DNA of 22,805 nucleotides from Octopus sinensis (lineage: Eukaryota): contig NW_021836722.1 of NCBI RefSeq assembly GCF_006345805.1, positions 1 to 22,805 of the forward strand, given 5' to 3'. The position numbers were made by a program, and so were the translations under genes. Shown here piece by piece: positions 10,600 to 21,187 of the stretch. The notes beneath the pieces are model-generated. The model searched no databases and was not told the origin of the DNA. It saw only the letters and a list, made by a program, of their open reading frames with translations. Every line of letters begins with the position of its first letter. Position 1 is the first letter of the stretch.

Positions 10600-11040
10600 T
10601 GGAAGAAGAACATTGTATAACATCATAGAGTATGGATTTTTCTATCAGATCGAAAAGTCTCGGAAGCAGTAACCATGCTAAAAATCTAGAGCAATCACCT
10701 CGAATTACAGTTGTAATGTTCCAACTTCTGTGCGATGCAGAGATGGAGATGATACAATTCCAAAACAACAGAAGTGTGATAAATAAGTTAAGAGAAACAT
10801 ATTGAAACGTTAGAATAAGTTCTGGATGTGCTAAAAAATACTCCATAATACGAAACAGAAAGTGTTTCCACGTCGAACGACCTAGAACAGAAGCTTCAAT
10901 GGGGAATGAGGAGGTCCAGGCTTGTTTTCCATTAAGGCCCAATCACTTATCAACGAAAGAGTGTTTCACCTCAAACACATTGCTCATAAACAGCGCACAG
11001 ACCCATCCATCCAGAAACTCCAAAGCAGCTTCAAATATAT
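10600..11040 (+). mobile_element. Possible ancient non-LTR (L1/Tx1-like) post-RT fragment
   Basis: Stop-riddled frame ...VKRNILKR*NKFWMC*KIL...VFPRRTT*...*GGPGLFSIKAQSL resembles the FxW...GGLGL motif. Weak. Confidence 0.25.
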
Positions 11041-11102
11041 GTATGCGTCAGTCACTTTTGTTATTCATTTATATATATATATATGTATGTATGTACGTAC
11101 AT

Positions 11103-11395
11103 ACAAGAGGATGCCTGCTGGAAGACCCAATGTCTGGCAGCAGGACTCTGCACCATGCCACACAAGCAGGAGAACCCAGTCATGGCTGTCAGACAATTTC
11201 TGCAGCCACATCATCCCTAACATCTGATCACCTAACTCCCCACAATGCATGATTGTTATGAGTGGGAGGCCATAAAAAAAAACTCCTTGTAACGCCAAAG
11301 ATCAACTGAAGGTAAGGATTATGGCAGCATTCATCAACTTGAACAAGGAGACCATCAAGAAGAGTTGCAGGAGATTCCGAAGACGTCTGGATGGC
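11103..11395 (+). mobile_element. Tc1/mariner transposase C-terminal fragment, DD37D (maT)-like, inactive
   Basis: KRMPAGRPNVWQQDSAPCHTSRRTQSWLSDNFCSHIIPNI*SPNSP...KTPCNAKDQLKVRIMAAFINLNKETIKKSCRRFRRRL. The QQDxAPxH and WxPNSP motifs are spaced consistently with 37 residues to the third (damaged) D. No TIRs seen. Confidence 0.85.
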
Positions 11396-11907
11396 ACGTA
11401 TGAATGACGAAGCCACCTTGAGCATAATCCTATGAACCCGGAAATATTTAAAACTGAGGGTTACCTACTTGCAAACAAATGTTGTAACATATAACATTAT
11501 TAACCGAGGTTACCGTGGTCTTTTCCGTAGGCTTTTCTTTCCACGGATAAACCTTATCTGCTTCCCCCTTTACACTTTACATCATGACATTTCTGTGATA
11601 CATGATCCCTATTGATCGTTTTTTCTTTTTCTTCTTTTTTCTTTCCCCTTTTTTCTCTTTCCCTTTTACGATCCCTTTTGATCGAAAACCTACCCACTTT
11701 TTTTCTCCCCCAAAAGAACAAGCTCTATTTTGTCATCTGTCCCGTCTGTGTGCAGCCCTGTGTGGCTAATAAAGAAACACATACACACACACAAAAACAC
11801 ACACACACATATATATATATATGTCTATATACGCATATATATATATAACCATATTTATGAAAGATTTGCAATGAACGTCGGTTCTATGATGTTTGAATAG
11901 GAATTAT

Positions 11908-12030
11908 TTGATTCCTGGTTCAGTGTCACTGCGTAACACTTTGGGCAAGTACCTTCTACTGTAGTCCAGGTTTTAGTAAAGCCTTGCGGGTGGATTTGGT
12001 AGAGGGAAACTGAAAACTTGTGGCCGTAAA
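11908..12030 (+). mobile_element. Degenerate internal fragment of a third tRNA-derived SINE family
   Basis: GGTTCAGTGTCACTGCGTAACACTTTGGGCAAGT...AAAGCCTTGCGGGTGGATTTGGTAGAGGGAAACTGAAA: B-box remnant followed by a CTTGGGCAAGT core-like motif. Matches an abundant octopus SINE as I recall it. Confidence 0.6.
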
Positions 12031-12109
12031 TTTATATCGTATACAAAATCCGGTGCCTCAAATATGGCGAATATTACGTTGGCAGCACTAATTTACTATT
12101 TCACATATG

Positions 12110-12445
12110 AGTCCAGAAATGCCCATAAGCGCTGCAATAACATTGATGAAAATCCCTGACAAACAAATGCAGGAACAGGACAAAAGATATTGCTGTCGGC
12201 ATCAAAGATATATACTGCAACATCAGCAATAGGAAATATTCTAATAAATACTGAAACCAATCATCAACTCGATAGCAACAGGTCATAATAATAAGTACTT
12301 TGTTAGATGACAAATTGCCGCAGTACCATTCTTGAGAAGCTGGTATTCGCAAAACATAAAAGAACGCGACTAATCCGTAGGTTACAGCCATAAGATTTCA
12401 AAGGTACTGGCAACACATCTAAAATATTCATTAAGTTCAGCTAAT
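12110..12445 (+). mobile_element. Old, decayed RLE family A-related 3' fragment
   Basis: LEKLVFAKHKRTRLIRRLQP*DFKGTGNTSKIFIKFS* aligns with LEKLGFSKPERRKLIRRLNIQSITGTVKICITFQKFII* at ~16006-16122. Upstream KIPDKQMQEQDKRYC resembles the PD motif region. Confidence 0.55.
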
Positions 12446-12832
12446 AATAAGATTTGCATTTGCAGCGACATTCATACCTATACCTATGTACATGTGGGCA
12501 TGCGCACATGCATATCCTTAGCGTACATAAGTAGTTGTACTCTTACGTATATATGTATTTATGTATAGTGTTACGTTTGGGGATAGTTATATATTTGCCA
12601 AGCAAACACAAGCACTATATAGTTGGTGTTCACTTCATTATTATTATTATAATCTTTCTTCTTCTTCTTCTTCTTCTTCTTCTTTCTTCTTCTTCTTCTT
12701 CTTCTTTCTTATTATTATTATTATTATTATTATCATTATTATTATTCAGTAGTCTTATTATTATTTATTTTTAATCTGCATGTTTGTTACAATGACTTGC
12801 CGAAACACCCCCAGCGTCCTAGGGCGAATGAA

Positions 12833-12900
12833 TACTGGGATCGATCTAATCGAATTCCCCCCTCACCCGAATTTCAGGCCTTACACTTATAGCAGAAAGG

Positions 12901-12960
<60 letters not shown>
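12833..12960 (+). mobile_element. 5'-truncated 3' tail of the Meta-domain SINE ending in (TAT)n
   Basis: TACTGGGATCGATCTAATCGAATTCCCCCCTCACCCGAATTTCAGGCCTTACACTTATAGCAGAAAGG is homologous to the tail at 4165-4214. Confidence 0.7.
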
Positions 12961-12962
<2 letters not shown>

Positions 12963-13642
12963 TCAGTAGTCTTATTATTATTACTTATTTTTAATCTGTA
13001 TGCTTGTTACAATCACTTGCCGAAACACACCCAGCGTCCTGGGGCGAGTGAAGAATAAGAAATGTTACAGTATAAGTGAAAGCTTGGGTAAAAGAAGCGG
13101 CAGGGGCAGTAGCAAAATTTCTTCATCTAATACAACAGAGACATTTAAATGGATAAGATTTTTTATTTACGGATACGGACAGTACCTGTCAGCACAATCT
13201 TTTGGATTTCTCTGAGACATGGTTCTCCTGGGATATTATCAAGATATCTTTGGCATCACCCACAATAATAGGAGCAGTTCTCGCTTTAAGATGCCACACC
13301 TTTTGTAATTCAATTTCCAGGTCCTTATATTTACTTAATTTGTCAAATTCCTTTACAAATATATTTTTATCAGTGGGAGCTCTTACATCTATTAGTCTAC
13401 AAGTTTTTTCTTCCCTGTCTTTAATGACTATGTCTGGTCGATCAGCCTGATTCGTTCTGTCGGTGTTGGCTGAGAAGTCCCAAAGGACAGTAACATTTTT
13501 ACCTTCAGCGATTGGCTCTGGATAAGTAGGAGTGCCGATTTTGTAGTGTTTACATATTTTCCAATGTAAATACTGTCCTACGCTACCGTGGCGATTTTTG
13601 TATTCATTTGGTGTCAGCACAGGACAATCTGAGATGAGGTGG

Positions 13643-13647
<5 letters not shown>
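12963..13647 (-). mobile_element. R4/Dong-type non-LTR retrotransposon 3' fragment (family B) in (TAA)n
   Basis: INHLISDCPVLTPNEYKNRHGSVGQYLHWKICKHY...VTVLWDFSANTDRTNQADRPDIVIKDREEKTCRLIDVRAPTDKNIFVKEFDKLSKYKDLEIELQKVWHLKARTAPIIVG/fs/...REIQKIVLTGTVRI: end of CCHC knuckle, RH and PD..D..K RLE. The 3' UTR runs into (TAA)n. Confidence 0.9.
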
Positions 13648-13719
<72 letters not shown>

Positions 13720-13721
<2 letters not shown>

Positions 13722-14272
13722 CTTCGTAACACAGTGTAGGTAAAAGTGCATCGGAGTCTTTAGTCATCTGTCAAGTCACAGCAAGAACTTCAGACAGATA
13801 ATACTTTCCTTAAGATGTGCGCTGTACCCAATAAGGCTGCTTTTTGCAAAACATCGAAAAAAAGAAGGAGAGGGTAAAATTGATACCAGTAGTGATCGGA
13901 GCGTTGAGCTCAATCTCATTGAAACTTCAAAACTTCTTACTTATTTTTAATCTGCATGTTTGTTACAATCACTTGCCGAAACACACCCAGCGTCCTGGGG
14001 CGAGTGAGATTGAGCTCAACGCTCCGATCACTACTGGTATCAATTTTACCCTCTCCTATTCCATACTGTTTTACCATTTCTACTTTCAGTTCAGAGTTCA
14101 TGGTGATTTTTTTCAACCTCTTTACTCACAACATTCATGTCATTTGGTATGGCTACATCAATGATCTGACAGTATTTGTCTCTCTTATTCAATATGACAA
14201 TATACGGCCGACGGTGTTCGATTACACGATCCGTCTGAAAATCACAGTCCCAGAGTATCGTTACTTACTATT
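13720..14272 (-). mobile_element. R4/Dong-type 3' fragment (family C, copy 1) with internal inversion and templated insertion
   Basis: Minus VTILWD...TDRVIEHRRPYIVILNKRDKYCQIIDVAIPNDMNVVSKEVEK...VKLIPVVIGALSSIS and LQKAALLGTAHILRKVLSV*. Near-identical to 14678-15112 except for 13858-14004. Confidence 0.9.
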
Positions 14273-14319
14273 TTTATTATTATTATCATTATTATTATTA
14301 TTATTTATTATTATTATTA

Positions 14320-14350
<31 letters not shown>

Positions 14351-14351
14351 A

Positions 14352-14609
14352 CGTGCTTTCACTTCACTACCGAGCGCAGCTCTGTGTACCTTGGGTATGT
14401 GCTGTGATTTGTTGTGATGCTCTGATGGTTACTGTATTGAAAGTGTTCTGCGTAGGATGTGTGCAGTGCCTAGTAGTGCAATTTTCTGTATGTTATATGT
14501 GTTTGTAAGTCCTGGTGTTTTTGTTATGTATTTGTCTGAATATTTTTTTTATCATGCCTACTATGATAGGAATTGTTTCTGTTTTTAGATTCTACATTCT
14601 AGTTACCTC

Positions 14610-14612
<3 letters not shown>
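14352..14612 (-). mobile_element. R4/Dong-type 3' fragment (family D)
   Basis: Minus IEVTRM*NLKTETIPIIVG...YSDKYITKTPGLTNTYNIQKIALLGTAHILRRTLSIQ* followed by a 3' UTR; flanked by (TTA)n. Confidence 0.85.
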
Positions 14613-15213
<601 letters not shown>

Positions 15214-15219
15214 CATTAT

Positions 15220-16350
15220 GTGATGAAAACTCTCAGCTTGTTTTGCTGGGAATGATTGCATACATGAGGCTGATAACATTATGAGACTTAGAGGGCAGCT
15301 CCTTGAGCAGCATTCCTTGTCTGATAACTTTAAATACATACTGCACGGATCTACTGCAACGTATCATCAGATGAAAGGATGAGCCTATACCAGCAGAAGA
15401 CCGTGCGTGGATATGTTAGTAGAAAGCTCCGAAATGATAATAACATTGATGATCAAAGCAGTCCATCATGGACCAACAACCGGATTAATACCTCCCACTT
15501 TGAAGGGTTTGTGTTTGCAATCCAGGAACAGAAAATATCAATCAAATACCTGAAGTACGAAAGGGAGAGAGATGCAGGAAAAACAGTACAATGTGAAGAT
15601 CGATGCAGGCTTTGTGGAATAAACACCGAAGATATCAGCCACGTAATAAGCAGTTGTCCGAAAATGTCATCACGGTATTATCTAGCAATGAGACATGATA
15701 ATGTAGATAGACGCTGTGTAATGAGATCCGCCGGAAGGATGACACCGAGGAGAAATAAATAAGAGCCTACCGTATGACAGAAGCCAAAATCACTATGCCT
15801 GACATAGTAATTTTGGGTAAAGAAGAGATACGGTGTGTACAGTTGTGGAAATCAACTGCCCACCGGATGTTAACGTAAAGCTGAAGATCAGCGAAAAAGA
15901 GAACACCTGTGCTGAACTATGCAGGAATCTAAGCTACAGTATTCAAATTACAAGTTCAGGTTTATACCTGTAACTATTGGGGTGCTGGTCTATGTAACTC
16001 ACTGCCTTGAGAAATTAGGCTTCTCAAAACCAGAAAGAAGAAAGTTGATTCGAAGACTAAATATCCAATCCATCACTGGAACTGTAAAAATCTGTATAAC
16101 TTTCCAGAAGTTTATCATTTAAGTTTATACGAGTATGTCTAGATATGTAGCTATAAGCATGTGAATACATACATAAATGTATACATACATACATACATAC
16201 ATACATACATACATACATACATACATACATACATACATACATACAAGTACCCTGTTGTTGATGTTGAAATTCCGATGAGGGAGCCTTGAATCTAGGTTAA
16301 TATCTGGCTCTATTGGCAAGAAAAGAAATCTTGAAAAACTGAATAATGAT
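15220..16350 (+). mobile_element. RLE-type non-LTR retrotransposon 3' fragment, family A, copy 2
   Basis: HFEGFVFAIQEQKISIKYL...CEDRCRLCGINTEDISHVISSCPKMSSRYYLAMRHDNV (CCHC knuckle plus RHD), MPDIVILG, VEINCPPDVNVKLKISEKEN, and the C-terminus ending 16122. 3' UTR has (TACA)n at the same position as copy 1. Confidence 0.9.
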
Positions 16351-16530
16351 ATATATATATATAATATATATATTATATATATATATCTATATTATATAGA
16401 TATTATATATATATATATATATATATACTATATATAATATATATATATACAACAAAGTACATGCATACAAACGTACATGCATACATACGTACACGCATAC
16501 ATACACACGTTCATACATACATACATACAT

Positions 16531-17070
16531 ATGTGATGGTTGTCTACTCGTTATACAGAGTTTGACCAACTCCTGTAGCTACACTTTAGTCCCATCATGG
16601 CATCTCATGTCGCTTTTTAAACCAGACAATGTTCTGAAAAGAGACCCACATAGATTGCATATCCGATTTGGAAAACCAAGAGCTACAGATAAGTTCTGAT
16701 CTTTGTGGATCTTAAACTGTCTTTTGAGGCCTCCGCTGGATTTGTAAACCTTGTATTGAAAGGTGTGCACAGACATATTGGCAGAATAGTTAGTGGAGGT
16801 TCGTTTTCCAAGGGTTCGCCAATGAGATTTGATCCCAGCAAAATAAAGGCATTGTCTGTCACAAAATGTGCACACAAAAAGGTCATTCTGATTCAGCTTC
16901 TCGATCGTAACATTCTTCCTTAAATCTCTTTTCAGTCTTACATACATTATCCTGGCCTCTTCAAATGATTTCACTCAACTACACACGTTTGTTCGCCATC
17001 CAACTCGATCCGAATCAAGGGTTTCAATGTCTTCTGGATCCATTCCGAATGACTTCACAGTCGTCCTCAT
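16531..17070 (-). mobile_element. RTE-clade LINE 3' end with C-terminal C2H2 zinc fingers
   Basis: MRTTVKSFGMDPEDIETLDSDRVGWRTNVCS*VKSFEEAR...FVCTFCDRQCLYFAGIKSHWRT...CNLCGSLFRTLSGLKSDMRCH*. DR..WR...FE is typical of RTE C-termini. A short 3' UTR runs into (TATG)n. Confidence 0.8.
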
Positions 17071-17332
17071 CTACCTTGGAAGCTCTGTATAAATTGATGG
17101 AAATCTTGATACAGAAATACAGCTGCGAATTCAAAGGGCAGCAAAGGCATTTCGTGGCTTCGAATCACGCGTTTGGTGCCAGCGACATATAAATAGGAAT
17201 ACAAAGCTGGGTCTTTGCAGATCATTTGTCTTACCATTCCTGTTGTATTCTTGTGAAACATGGACTTATGAAAGGCATTTTAAATTGTTAGAACAATTCT
17301 ACCAAAAATGCCTTCATCGCATTTTAAACATA
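17071..17332 (+). mobile_element. RTE-clade LINE RT/thumb segment, inverted relative to 16531-17070
   Basis: YLGSSV*IDGNLDTEIQLRIQRAAKAFRGFESRVWCQRHI.../fs/LYSCETWTYERHFKLLEQFYQKCLHRILNI: the YLGS...EI..RI..A..AF and LYxCETWT motifs of RTE elements. Confidence 0.9.
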
Positions 17333-17746
17333 CAAACATACATACATACAAACATACATACATACATACATATACACACACACACACACGTACATACATA
17401 CATACATACATACATACATACATACATACACACAAACGTACATACATACATGCATACATACAACTTACATACAACATACATACATACATTACATACATAC
17501 ATACATACATACATACAACATACATACATACATACATACATACATACAACTTACATACAACATACATACATACATACATACATACATACATACATACATA
17601 CAACATACATACATACATACATACATACAACTTACATACAACATACATACATACATACATACATACATACATACATACATACATGCAAACGTACGTACGT
17701 ACGTACATACACACATACATACATACATACATGCATACACACACAC
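17328..17746. repeat. Long (CATA)n microsatellite with higher-order structure
   Basis: Directly visible; variant CAACTTACATACAAC recurs at 17461, 17547 and 17628. Confidence 0.95.
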
Positions 17747-18069
17747 AAGACTATCCTGTATGATGCTGTCTAAATTCCCATGAGTATCGTTTTAAGGCTA
17801 GAAGCTGGATGTTTCTTCTTCGTGGAGACGTTCCGGGAATAAGACACTCTACACGCACGGCTGCACACACACACAAACACACACACACACCTACACACAT
17901 ATTCGCGTGCGCACAAACACTCATATTCACACAAGTGCAAAAACATACACAGGCATGCGTCAACACACACAACCACACACATGTTACAATTATGTGCGAT
18001 CGATTCAATTCAACTGCGCGTTACTTTTGAGCAAGCGTGTGATTGAAACTTGGCTGATGGAGAATCACA

Positions 18070-18131
<62 letters not shown>

Positions 18132-18135
18132 TCAT

Positions 18136-18180
<45 letters not shown>

Positions 18181-19507
18181 TCATATATATATATAATATA
18201 TATATATATATACATTCATATATATATATAATGTAATATATATGTATTATATGATATAAATATATGTAAGTATATATGTATTATATATGTATATATGTAT
18301 TTTATATGTATATATATGTGTGTGTGTGTAGGTGTAAAATAAAATATGAAAGATACAAAGAATATATATATATAATGCACACGCGCATACATACATACGC
18401 GCACCTCTCTTTACGTATCTACGTTTGTCTACCTCTGTGGAAATGCAACGTGATTCAGCTATAATTTCCGTGTAGTAGATTTTAATCACACGCACACACA
18501 CACACACACGTACACACGTACACACACACACACACACACACGCTCACACACACACCTACACACACACACACACACAATCAGTTGAACAAATAGGAAGACA
18601 AAATCATGAATGATTTATATTGCATAATTCTGAAAAGCAAAAAAATCAAAATATTTTTTTTCATACCAAAAAGAAAAAGGAAAAAAAAGGAAAAAAAAGA
18701 ACCAGCAAAATAGCTTCACGTGACCAACAACAATACTAAATACTATTACAACAACAACAACAGCAGCAGCAGTAGTAGTAATATAACTAAATGAGGAAGA
18801 CAATTACTAACTCAATCAAATCTCAAAACTAAACCATTTGATGTTTGTCGCAAAAAGAGAAAAGTCAAAAATATGAATGCGAAACCATTGGAGGAGATCA
18901 GGAAATGTCAAAAAAGAAAAGGGGTTGGGGGGTTGGTGTGGGGGCAGAAATACTGAACTGGTCTGTGGAAAAGTTGGGATGGCTTGGTTTTACAAATCGA
19001 AGTCAGAACCAATCGGAAATTAAAAGTTCAATTTGGCGTTGACCCCTAGCTCTTTTCTGGCTATGTCCCCAGTTTAATAATTCGAACAGATCATAATAGT
19101 AGCATTCCTCTCTCTCTCTCTCCCTCTTTCTTTTACTCTCTCTTCATCACAATCTCTTCCCCACCCTCGCTCTCTTTAATCCACACAACTCTGAAGGAAA
19201 TGCAGTTATTTTCTTTTAAATAAGTTTACCAATTCCTTCTCCTCCTCCTCCGCCCGCCACCCCCACTCGAATCGCTGATTCTTTCGCGTAGTTTCTTTGA
19301 GTTCTTTCTGTCTGCCTGTGTCTCAATTCCGAATTATTCTTTCCTTGATCTGCTTCAGTCATTTTTGTCTGTTGATTAAGTTAAATATCGTTAACAAGTT
19401 CGCTTTGCAACCATGCAGTCCCCAGTTCGAGCCTACGAATCTGCACTATAAACCCGAAGGTGAAAAATAAGTGTGAGGAGAGTTTCACACACACACACAC
19501 ACTATAT

Positions 19508-19836
19508 ATATTTGGCGTTCACTTGCTTCAGCTTTATTTTAATCGTATTTCGGCCAGAGTTCTTTCGCCACGCTTCTGTGACCGCATCAGTAGCCCTTTA
19601 CTTTCTTCTTTCTTTCTTGTGTGTCTTGCCTTTTTGTATTTCTATTGTATGTGTCTTTATTTGCGCATGCGTATATCCCTGTGTGTCTATGTTTAGTAAG
19701 TGGGTATGGGGGAAGAAAGTGCCTGTATTATCAATATCCCCTGTTTACACACGTTCATTTGATTTGCTTTTATTTATTTTGTTTATTTGGCCGAAATACG
19801 ATTGAAATAAAGCTGAAGCAAGTGAACACCAAATAT
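19508..19836. repeat. 49-bp inverted repeat pair (19508-19556 / 19788-19836) with 231-bp spacer
   Basis: Reverse complement of the left arm is TGGCCGAAATACGATTAAAATAAAGCTGAAGCAAGTGAACGCCAAATAT; right arm is TGGCCGAAATACGATTGAAATAAAGCTGAAGCAAGTGAACACCAAATAT (2 mismatches). Confidence 0.9.
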
Positions 19837-20029
19837 TCAGTGCGTGTGTTTTTAATGTCCAAACTGGCAACATGACCATCTCCAAATACAATAATATCTG
19901 TTTCAACACACGAATTCACATCAAGAATGTTGCAAAACGAATATGTGTGTGTGTGTGTGTATGTGAACTTTTGTGTCTGAGTTTTCCCAGACCACCGTTT
20001 GAAAACCGGTAGTGGTATGTTTACGTTTT

Positions 20030-20044
20030 ATACATATATATATA

Positions 20045-20121
<77 letters not shown>

Positions 20122-20196
20122 GTATGTATATATATATATGTATATATATATATATAGATATATGTATATATATATATGTATATATAATATATATAT

Positions 20197-20254
<58 letters not shown>

Positions 20255-20280
20255 TATATACATATATATAATATGTATAT
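20030..20280. repeat. (TA)n microsatellite
   Basis: Directly visible. Confidence 0.95.
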
Positions 20281-20875
20281 TAATTGCAGAAGGAGAAGTC
20301 AATTCAATGTTACGCACGTTTCGGTGAATGAAAGTGATTTATTTAATATTACATACGAAGTTCTGCAATTCTTGCAGTAAACTTTGTGCTCTTTCACTTA
20401 AACCTCTTTATTTGAATTACAATTAATTTATGAAATAAACCCGCAATGCAGGATGAATTTTCACCGCTCTATGTCAATTTCCACAGACAAACTTGAATGG
20501 AATCTGATCAGAAAGTTAAGACGAATACAATGACAAAAGATCTTAGCGATACGCTAGCCTCTAATCATTTTCACTCTTTCACTCACCCTTTCTCTCCTTC
20601 TTTCGTCCTCTCCCTTAATATACATATAGCCATAGGTATACACATCCAAAGGTAGGCGGTATTTTGTTTTTATTAAACATTGTCTGACGAATACCAAGGA
20701 GCTGATGGGATAAATTAAGATTTATATTCTTTTCTGTTTGCTGAGTTATTGCAAGACCCATGAAGCAGTGAAAAATCCTCCTGAATTGCAGATTTTCTGA
20801 CTGACAGGTGACGGTCGTTTAGAGAATGCGCGGGCTAAGACTACGCACCTTCATTAGTGAGTTACGGTAAGACAG

Positions 20876-20958
20876 TGTCACGTGACAACTTGCTGGGGCT
20901 GCCTGCTGGAGCCTAGCGGCAGGTATTTAAAGGGAAACATTTGACAAGTCAGTCAGTC
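20876..20958 (+). promoter_or_regulatory. Candidate Pol II core promoter (E-box palindrome, TATA, Inr)
   Basis: Perfect 12-bp palindrome TGTCACGTGACA at 20876-20887; TATTTAAA at 20924-20931; TCAGTC Inr-like motifs at 20949 and 20953, placing +1 about 27-31 nt after the TATA start. Confidence 0.5.
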
Positions 20959-21076
20959 ACCGGCTGACACTCGTTGACGATACATCGAAGAGGCTAGGGA
21001 ACAGAAGAAAGAACGCATGCACCCAACACCAGAGCTGAAGACACCTCCGAAAGGAAGGGGGATGGGCGCCAGGTCA

Positions 21077-21187
21077 AAACGGTAGAGGAGTAGGGGCCGA
21101 AACCGGACGTGGTTCCTCCTGATGATGTCTTGAGCTAACTGGATCCTATAAAGGAGCTGTTGTGGTAGCAGACCACGAAACACGGTT
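21077..21187 (+). ncRNA. Candidate hammerhead ribozyme, type III topology
   Basis: GUA triplet 21082-21084; stem I GAGGAG (21085-90)/UUCCUC (21113-18) directly abutting CUGAUGA (21119-25); GAAA 21177-80; stem III AAACGGU/ACACGGUU with a bulge; stem II long and imperfect at its base. Folded by eye. Confidence 0.4.

Noticed and set aside
11440-11780. Pyrimidine-rich segment ending GGCTAATAAAGAAAC as a LINE 3' UTR or host poly(A) site
   Set aside because: Plausible repeat end, but no linked ORF or second copy in the window to support a call.
12746-14007. Three copies of a ~70-bp unit as a CRISPR-like array
   Set aside because: Eukaryotic context, irregular spacing, no cas genes; explained by duplication of a retroelement 3' UTR.
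16579-16974. Host C2H2 zinc-finger gene
   Set aside because: In frame with RTE C-terminal motifs across a stop codon, fingers are decayed, and it ends in a LINE-type microsatellite tail.
19390-19465. CAACCATG start (MQSPVRAYESAL*) plus AAG/GTGAAA donor as a first coding exon
   Set aside because: The frame stops before the donor, and the sequence resembles a decayed tRNA-SINE head (AAGTTCGCTTTGCAACCA...AGTTCGAGCC).
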